Source: Candidatus Poseidoniaceae archaeon
GTDB taxonomy: Archaea; Thermoplasmatota; Poseidoniia; Poseidoniales; Poseidoniaceae
Length of the DNA stretch: 64,000 nucleotides
NCBI GenBank assembly: GCA_016777125.1
Contig: JADHSC010000007.1
Coordinates: 4,323 to 68,322, forward strand
Direction: 5' to 3'
Positions 57,410 to 64,000 of this stretch are shown piece by piece. Positions within the stretch are counted from its first letter, which is position 1. Each line of letters starts with the position of its first letter. A program made the translations under genes and the position numbers. The notes beneath the pieces were generated by a model. The model worked only from the letters and a program-made list of their open reading frames with translations, ran no database searches and had not been told where the DNA came from.

Positions 57410-59038
57410 ATGGTCCACGTACTCGAAGCTGGTCTCACCTACCTTGAAGCAAACAATCCAAACAACCGCCCCGCTGTTAAGGGATTCAATATCATCAACG
57501 GGCAGTTGACCGAAGCAAGCGATGGTTCAACGTTCGAATCCCGCAATCCTGCAATCCTCAATGATACGCTCGGAACATTTCCTCTTTCAACAAAAGACGA
57601 TGTCCATGCTGCCTTGGATGCTGCTCATGCTGCATTCCCGTCATGGGCTGCAACTCCTGCACCAACCCGTGGCCAAATCATTGGAAACATGGGGAGACTC
57701 CTCATGGAACATAAGGATGCAATTGTTGCATTGGAAACCAGAGAGATTGGAAAGACCCTGAAAGAATCTGCAGGATCTGTTCAGGAAGCCATCGATACAT
57801 GTCTCTTCTTCCAATCCGAAGGAAGAAGACTCTATGGTCAAACAGTCAACTCCGAACTGCCTGACAAGGAACTGTTCACCTACCGAAGACCGCTTGGTGT
57901 CTGTGGAATCATCAACGCTTGCAACTTCCCTGCAGCCGTTCCATTCTGGAAGATGATTCCTGCGATTATGTGCGGAAACACCTGTGTTTGGAAGAGTCCA
58001 CAAGATGCTCCTTTGCTCTCCTTTGCTCTGGCTCGAATTATGCATGAATCTGGACTTCCTGATGGAGTCATCAATCTCGTTCACGGAAAAGGTAGCGGCG
58101 CAGGACAATACCTGGTCGATGCAGTTGACGAAGGCCGTGTCAACAAAATCTCCTTTACAGGTTCAACAGAAGTCGGTAAGATGATCGGCGAAGTTTGTGG
58201 ACGAAATCTCGTCTCATGTTCTCTTGAACTTGGAGGAAAGAACCCTCTTGTTGTTATGCCAAGTTCAAACCTCGATAATGCCGTAGAAGGTGCTTACTGG
58301 GGAGCATTTGGAACCGCAGGACAACGTTGTACATCTCTAGGGAACCTCATTATCCACAAAGATGTCTATGATGAATTCATGACGAAATTCATGGCAAAGG
58401 TAGAAGAAACAAAGATTGGGGATTCTCTTGTCCACGACGGTGTTCTTTACGGCCCAATGCTTTCTGAAAAGTACGCCAAGGATTTCCTAATAGGCGTAGA
58501 GATGTGCCTTGAATCTGGTGCTAAGCAAATCTTCGGCCAAGGCCGAATTACCAGTGATAACAAGCCAACAAACTTCCATGGAACCGCAGAAGATGGTGTG
58601 TTCATGTGGCCACACGTCTTCACAGAAGTTACTGAGGACATGAAGTGTTTCCACGAGGAAGTCTTTGGTCCAGCAGTCACTATTTGCAAAGCAAACGATT
58701 TCGATCATGCTTTGCATCTCGCCAACGCTAGCCCATACGGACTCTCCTCTGCCATATACACAAACGATCGATTGGAAGCATATCGATTCAAGACTGGTAT
58801 CAAGGCGGGTATGACTGGAATCAACAACTCAACAACTGGTGCTGAAGCCCACCTTCCGTTCGGTGGAGTCAAAGGCTCCGGAAACGGCACACGTGAATCC
58901 GGTATTTGGGTTATTGAAGCCTATTCATACTGGCATGCAGTCAACGATGAGCTCTCAGGTAAACTTCAACTGGCACAAATGGATGTCGAAGAAGTGGAAA
59001 TGGTCGAAGCACAGGTTGACTGGACAGAATTGGCCTAA
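57410..59038 (+). CDS. Aldehyde dehydrogenase family protein
   Basis: SRNPA, NFP, SFTGSTEVG, LELGGKNP, GTAGQRCTS (catalytic Cys), EEVFGP, PFGGVKGSGNG.RE. Confidence 0.92.
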   Translation: MVHVLEAGLTYLEANNPNNRPAVKGFNIINGQLTEASDGSTFESRNPAILNDTLGTFPLSTKDDVHAALDAAHAAFPSWAATPAPTRGQIIGNMGRLLMEHKDAIVALETREIGKTLKESAGSVQEAIDTCLFFQSEGRRLYGQTVNSELPDKELFTYRRPLGVCGIINACNFPAAVPFWKMIPAIMCGNTCVWKSPQDAPLLSFALARIMHESGLPDGVINLVHGKGSGAGQYLVDAVDEGRVNKISFTGSTEVGKMIGEVCGRNLVSCSLELGGKNPLVVMPSSNLDNAVEGAYWGAFGTAGQRCTSLGNLIIHKDVYDEFMTKFMAKVEETKIGDSLVHDGVLYGPMLSEKYAKDFLIGVEMCLESGAKQIFGQGRITSDNKPTNFHGTAEDGVFMWPHVFTEVTEDMKCFHEEVFGPAVTICKANDFDHALHLANASPYGLSSAIYTNDRLEAYRFKTGIKAGMTGINNSTTGAEAHLPFGGVKGSGNGTRESGIWVIEAYSYWHAVNDELSGKLQLAQMDVEEVEMVEAQVDWTELA

Positions 59039-59154
59039 TCGTTAGATTCTGTACCCGTTTTCTTCCTAAAATAACAAGAGGCTAAAGGGCCAACCTCAAA
59101 GACCCCGAGTTCTTGGATAAAGCATTCCCAGTTTATGGGAGGGCGTGAACTTCA

Positions 59155-59964
59155 ATGGGCGAAGGCATCAAACTTCCAGTTATCAACGGCTTGGGCCGAA
59201 CAGATCGAATAGACAAATGGTGGACGCAACCTCTTGCAATGGGTATTGCACTCACTGCGGCGCTCATCTACACAGCATGGCGACTCATCATCTTCCCAGA
59301 CAGTATCTCTTACGAACTTGAAGGTTCCAAGGTCATGTCGCCTATTTTCTCTCCAAACATCTTGGAGTGGGACCTTTTTGGCCTCAATGAATGGGACCAT
59401 CCCGGTTGGGTCAATGCTGCAATTCTTGTCCTTTGGATTCCGTTCGGTTTCCGTGGAACCTGCTACTACATGCGTCGAGTCTACTACAGAACCTTCTTCG
59501 CAAGTCCTACGGCTTGCTGGGTTGACGAACCTGACATCAACAAGAAAATTGGATACGGTGGAGAAAAGCGCTTATTCATTTTCAATAACCTTCACAGATA
59601 TTTCCTCTATGCTGCAATCATTATCATCGCCATCAAATGGTGGGATGTTACGCACACACTCCATTTTGACGCGGGATGGGGATTCTCCTTTGGTACATTC
59701 ATCATGGCGACTGAAGCGTTCTTGTTGACCATGTACGTCACATCATGTCACGCTTTGCGCCACCTTGCTGGTGGAAGTTTAGATCGCTGGGTTAGCGGCA
59801 TCTCTGCTCTTCGTGGAAAACTCTTCAAGAAAATCAGCATATTCAACCGATCACACGGCTTTTGGTTCTGGACCAGCCTTGGGTTCGTATTCTTAGGCGA
59901 CTTGTGGACGCTTGCGGTGGCTGAAGGGCACATCAATGACATGGCCTTCGTAATATTGGGGTGA
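59155..59964 (+). CDS. Succinate dehydrogenase membrane anchor, mycobacterial Sdh1 (Rv0249c-like) type
   Basis: SPIFSP, P.GFR.TCYY.RR.YYR.F...P..C, NNLHRY, SCHALRH..GG, H..W.W.SL; first gene of the sdh cluster. Confidence 0.8.
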   Translation: MGEGIKLPVINGLGRTDRIDKWWTQPLAMGIALTAALIYTAWRLIIFPDSISYELEGSKVMSPIFSPNILEWDLFGLNEWDHPGWVNAAILVLWIPFGFRGTCYYMRRVYYRTFFASPTACWVDEPDINKKIGYGGEKRLFIFNNLHRYFLYAAIIIIAIKWWDVTHTLHFDAGWGFSFGTFIMATEAFLLTMYVTSCHALRHLAGGSLDRWVSGISALRGKLFKKISIFNRSHGFWFWTSLGFVFLGDLWTLAVAEGHINDMAFVILG

Positions 59965-59968
59965 AGAA

Positions 59969-61825
59969 ATGAGCGAAGAATATGTGAAACACGAATATGA
60001 TGTCGTTGTCATCGGTGCAGGTGGAGCCGGACTACGTGCTGCAATTGAAGCTGCACGCAGTGGTGCTAAAACCGCAATTATTACCAAATCTCTTCTTGGA
60101 AAAGCACACACTGTCATGGCCGAAGGTGGTTGTGCTGCTGCTTTGCAAAACGCTGATCCTCGTGATGGATGGAAGGTTCACTTCCACGACACCATGAAAG
60201 GAAGTAAGTGGCTTGCTGACTGGCGTATGGCTGAATACCATGCTAAGGAAGCTCCTGACCGGGTACGTGAACTCGAACAATGGGGCGCAGTCTTTGACCG
60301 CACACCAAAGCAACTCATCAATCAACGAAACTTTGGAGGACACACTTTTCCTCGACTCGCTCACGTCGGAGACTCAACTGGACTCGAAATCATTCGTACA
60401 CTGCAAGAACGTGGCATCCACGAAGGGATTGATATCTTCATGGAATACACGGTTCGTCATCTTCTCAAGGAAGGCGACCGTGTAACAGGATGTGTTGCTT
60501 ACACCCGCGTTGATGGTGAATTCCATGCCTTCTCTGCAAAGTCTGTCATCTTAGCTACTGGCGGAATTACTCGATGCTGGAGCGTATGCTCTGGTTCCTG
60601 GGAGTACACGGGAGATGGACATGCTTTGGCAATGTGGGCTGGTGCTGAATTACGTGACATGGAATTCATTCAATTCCATCCGACTGGTATGGTTTGGCCT
60701 CCATCTGTACGTGGAATCCTCGTTACAGAAGGTGTTCGCGGTGAAGGTGGACGCCTCACCAACAGTGAAGGAGAGCGTTTCATGTTCGATTATGTCCCTG
60801 ATACGTTCAAGGGCGATCATGCAGAAACAATCGAAGAATCAGACAAATGGGTCGAAGAAGTTGTTAGTGGAAAACTTGCAACTGTTCGCCGCCCACCCGA
60901 ACTCCTAACTCGAGACGTTGTTGCTAAAGCGATCAAGGCTGAAGTCGGTGCAGGAAGAGGCTCCGAACACGGAGGAGCATACCTCGACATCTCTCACCGT
61001 GGTCCAGAAGCCATCAAGAAGAAATTACCTTCAATGTATCACCAATTCATGGAATTGGCTGGTGTTGACATTACAAAAGACAAGATGGAAGTCGGTCCAA
61101 CGGCTCACTACGTCATGGGAGGAATCCTCGTAAATGCAGAAACTCAAGAATCAACTGTTCCAGGTTTGTATGCCTGTGGAGAAGCTGCAAGTGGATTACA
61201 CGGTGCAAACCGCCTTGGTGGAAACTCATTGTCTGATCTCATTACCTTTGGAAAGCGTGCTGGTGAATTCGCCTCAAAGCGTTCCAACGATTTGGCTCAA
61301 CCTTCAATCGATGATGCTCAAGTCAAAGCAGCGATTGAAGAAATGATTCAACCACTTAACAAGGAAGGTGGAGAAAATCCTGGAGTCATATATGACGAAA
61401 TGAGAGAATTGATGCAAAACAAAGTTGGAATCATTCGTACCAAGAAGGAACTCGAAGAAGCTCTTGTAGAACTTAATGACTTCAAGAAGCGAGCCCTTGC
61501 TTCATTCCCAGGAACATCTCGACGCTACAATTCTGGATGGCATCAAGCCCTCGACTTGATCAATATGGCTGATGTATCCATCGCATGTGCTCTTGCTGCA
61601 CTCACACGTGAGGAAAGCAGAGGCGGACATACTCGTGAAGATATGCCTGTCCCTGAAGATGAATATTGGGGCAAGACTCTGAACATCATCTGGATGGAAG
61701 AAGGAGAAGTAAAGATTCGACAAGAGCCTGTAGAAGAGATGAGAGATGATCTCAAAGATGCAATCAAGGAAGTCAAAGATATGATTGCTGAACGGGCAGA
61801 AGAGCAAACAGGAGGTGGCAAGTAA
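59969..61825 (+). CDS. sdhA: Succinate dehydrogenase/fumarate reductase flavoprotein subunit
   Basis: [67 protein letters not shown]. Confidence 0.95.
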   Translation: MSEEYVKHEYDVVVIGAGGAGLRAAIEAARSGAKTAIITKSLLGKAHTVMAEGGCAAALQNADPRDGWKVHFHDTMKGSKWLADWRMAEYHAKEAPDRVRELEQWGAVFDRTPKQLINQRNFGGHTFPRLAHVGDSTGLEIIRTLQERGIHEGIDIFMEYTVRHLLKEGDRVTGCVAYTRVDGEFHAFSAKSVILATGGITRCWSVCSGSWEYTGDGHALAMWAGAELRDMEFIQFHPTGMVWPPSVRGILVTEGVRGEGGRLTNSEGERFMFDYVPDTFKGDHAETIEESDKWVEEVVSGKLATVRRPPELLTRDVVAKAIKAEVGAGRGSEHGGAYLDISHRGPEAIKKKLPSMYHQFMELAGVDITKDKMEVGPTAHYVMGGILVNAETQESTVPGLYACGEAASGLHGANRLGGNSLSDLITFGKRAGEFASKRSNDLAQPSIDDAQVKAAIEEMIQPLNKEGGENPGVIYDEMRELMQNKVGIIRTKKELEEALVELNDFKKRALASFPGTSRRYNSGWHQALDLINMADVSIACALAALTREESRGGHTREDMPVPEDEYWGKTLNIIWMEEGEVKIRQEPVEEMRDDLKDAIKEVKDMIAERAEEQTGGGK

Positions 61826-62592
61826 TGTCATTAAAAGGAAAAAAGCAGTCATTCAAGGTCGCCCGTGGAGAAGACGGAGAAACAACGATGGAAGATTACG
61901 AAATCACTCTCGATGAAGGAATGGTTGTTCTCGATTGTATTCATCGAATCCAACACGAAAAGGAACCTGATATGGCCGTTCGCTGGAACTGTAAAGCAGG
62001 AAAGTGTGGTTCTTGTTCAGCAGAAATTAACGGTCGTCCACGCTTGATGTGTATGACCCGTATGAGTGACGTTGTAGCAGAAACACCCGAAGGGCAACCT
62101 ATTGAAATTCGTCCAATGAAGGCATTCCCACACATCAAAGATCTTGTAACAGATGTTCAATGGAATTACGATATTGCTCAGAAAATTGCTCCGATTAATG
62201 GTCCTGAAGAAATGAATTGGAAGTTCAATCAAATGGAAGCAGACAGAGTACAACACTTCCGTGAGTGTATCGAATGTTTCCTTTGTGTCAACACATGTCA
62301 CGTACTAAGAGATCACGAGATGTTTGACGACTTTGCTGGACCAAGAAACCTTGTCCGACTTGCGCAGTATGAAATGCATCCCCTCGATACAGAAGACCGT
62401 ATTCCTGAGATAAAGAAGGAATTCGGAATCGAATACTGTAACATCACCAAATGTTGCACAGAGGTTTGTCCTGCCGGAATTCAGATCACTGATGATGCGA
62501 TAATTCAGCTCAAAGAACGCGTTGTTGATCGCTATTATGACCCACTACAGCGAATTTGGAGAACCATTACTCGAAAGAAGGTTCGATACTGA
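61825..62592 (+). CDS. sdhB: Succinate dehydrogenase/fumarate reductase iron-sulfur subunit
   Basis: NCKAGKCGSC...LMC, CIECFLCVNTC, CNITKCCTEVCP. Confidence 0.95.
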   Translation: MSLKGKKQSFKVARGEDGETTMEDYEITLDEGMVVLDCIHRIQHEKEPDMAVRWNCKAGKCGSCSAEINGRPRLMCMTRMSDVVAETPEGQPIEIRPMKAFPHIKDLVTDVQWNYDIAQKIAPINGPEEMNWKFNQMEADRVQHFRECIECFLCVNTCHVLRDHEMFDDFAGPRNLVRLAQYEMHPLDTEDRIPEIKKEFGIEYCNITKCCTEVCPAGIQITDDAIIQLKERVVDRYYDPLQRIWRTITRKKVRY

Positions 62593-62673
62593 TACAATTT
62601 CCTTTCAAAAGAAACCACTTTTGGCACCCATGAAAACATAGCGTCATATACTCGCTTACCTGATGTTATTGGC

Positions 62674-62889
62674 ATGGACAGAACATTATCAGACATAAAG
62701 AGAGAGTTTTCAACCGCCAGTACTGCAGGTTATATTCTAGGCTTCCTAGGCCTATCGATCATCGCTGTAACACAGTTAACTGCACTCATGCCGTTGCTCT
62801 TTGCACCAACGGTTTGTGGGACATTAGGAGTTCTTCTCTACAAATCTCAAATCAACAACAAGCAAATCAACATCGTAACAAATGCCTAG
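62674..62889 (+). CDS. Small two-TM hypothetical protein
   Basis: 71 aa with two hydrophobic segments. Confidence 0.55.
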   Translation: MDRTLSDIKREFSTASTAGYILGFLGLSIIAVTQLTALMPLLFAPTVCGTLGVLLYKSQINNKQINIVTNA

Positions 62890-63096
62890 ATTTGACAAGT
62901 GATATCTTTCACAATCAGAGGGTAGCGTCTGACAAGACCCACTGCGAACCCTTTGATTTGTCATTACCTGAGCAATGGGTATTCGGATAGACCCTTTGGC
63001 AATGAGGTAAAACACTTACATTAACCTTTGAAAAATACATTTGATACTTATGAAAGTAGGAAGAAGACATAAAGGGGCAAACATAAACCAACAAAT

Positions 63097-64000
63097 ATGA
63101 AGGGACTAAAGGCAATATCTCTTGTATTCTTTTTGCTTATTCAGATCGTCTCACATGGAGTTCATGAACAAATTCATTCTCCGAATGATGAAATGGCTTT
63201 GGAACCATTGAATAAAATGTTCCAATCTGGGAATAATTCATCTTCAAATAATACCGGAGGAAACAACACATCCAATGACTCCCATTGCTTGACTTTAGCG
63301 AATTTCACCATAAGTCAATCACATTATGTAAACCTAGAATTGGTAAATATTTGTAATAAATCGTTAAACTATCCTGGAGTAAATGCATCATCTAATAATT
63401 CAAATGTCTATGGGTTTCTGAACTACACAAATTGGTTTTACATGATTCCAGCTAACTCAACTTACAACATGAGTTGGCAATTATCGTTCAATCAATCTCT
63501 TACAACCCCAACAAGTATCACAATTAATTTTGAAGCTGCGATTTTGAACTGTGGAACAAATGGTTCATGGCACGACTGTCCGACATCGAACTTATCGTAT
63601 ACTTTCACTTATACTCCTCCAGTAATCAGGCTGGTGATTTTATCAACCTCGTTTTACAATAACTCCAACGATATCATAACTCTAACGCATCGATCTGAAA
63701 ATTATTCAGGATATGTGAACTGGAGTTACACATCAACAAACGGCACAGTCTCTAACACATCGACATACTCAAGTTCTTCAGCGAGAACAACCTACCTTTA
63801 TCCACAAGTTTTCGGCTCGATCCAAATATGTGGTACAATAACGAATATCACATCTGCATGTACGACAATACAGCGCTCAATTCGGACTCTCCAAGGCTCA
63901 ATACTCTCTCCTATGACTAATCTCTCAACAAATCAAAGTTCCGTAACTCTCGAGTACTTTGGGAGCAATTACCTTAGTGGTTCTGTTACATTAAATCAAC
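63097..64000 (+). CDS. 5' part of a secreted Asn/Ser/Thr-rich surface glycoprotein, running off the window
   Basis: Not in the ORF track. Manual translation from the ATG at 63097 is open to the end: MKGLKAISLVFFLLIQIVSHG...GNNSSSNNTGGNNTSNDSHC...; signal peptide and many N-x-S/T sequons. Confidence 0.85.
   Translation, partial: MKGLKAISLVFFLLIQIVSHGVHEQIHSPNDEMALEPLNKMFQSGNNSSSNNTGGNNTSNDSHCLTLANFTISQSHYVNLELVNICNKSLNYPGVNASSNNSNVYGFLNYTNWFYMIPANSTYNMSWQLSFNQSLTTPTSITINFEAAILNCGTNGSWHDCPTSNLSYTFTYTPPVIRLVILSTSFYNNSNDIITLTHRSENYSGYVNWSYTSTNGTVSNTSTYSSSSARTTYLYPQVFGSIQICGTITNITSACTTIQRSIRTLQGSILSPMTNLSTNQSSVTLEYFGSNYLSGSVTLNQ

Noticed and set aside
62824-63115. Short minus-strand ORFs (63 and 66 aa)
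   Set aside because: No SD or motifs; they overlap a plus-strand gene, the structured element and the next promoter

Overview
Gene-dense, streamlined archaeal chromosome segment, most likely Marine Group II (Ca. Poseidoniales, Thermoplasmatota). This is inferred from archaeal markers (Alba, stand-alone Bud32, group II chaperonin, Cdc48, PyrB/PyrI, NcsA/TtuA, FlaI/FlaJ-type pilus motor) occurring together with DnaK, many bacterial-type metabolic genes and secreted peptidases. It holds about 58 CDSs and one tRNA-Gly(GCC). I found no rRNA, CRISPR array, integrase or transposase. The most unusual items are: (1) a Roadblock/MglB-like gene coupled to a 1047-aa PATAN-like/Roadblock/PATAN-like/long coiled-coil protein, a possible polarity or cytoskeletal module; (2) an agmatinase + AdoMetDC-fold decarboxylase + bacterial-type DHS-like operon that reads as an arginine-to-homospermidine pathway; (3) an Mrp/ApbC ATPase whose Fe-S-binding CxxC is replaced by an Ig-like insert, next to a Cys-rich DUF971 gene; (4) a mycobacterial Sdh1-like three-gene succinate dehydrogenase; (5) a eukaryote-like CTP synthase; (6) ten convergent gene pairs, all with 1 nt or less between their stop codons. 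The last ~1.4 kb is visibly AT-richer and begins a sequon-dense surface glycoprotein gene. All family calls come from motif recognition by eye; no database searches were run.
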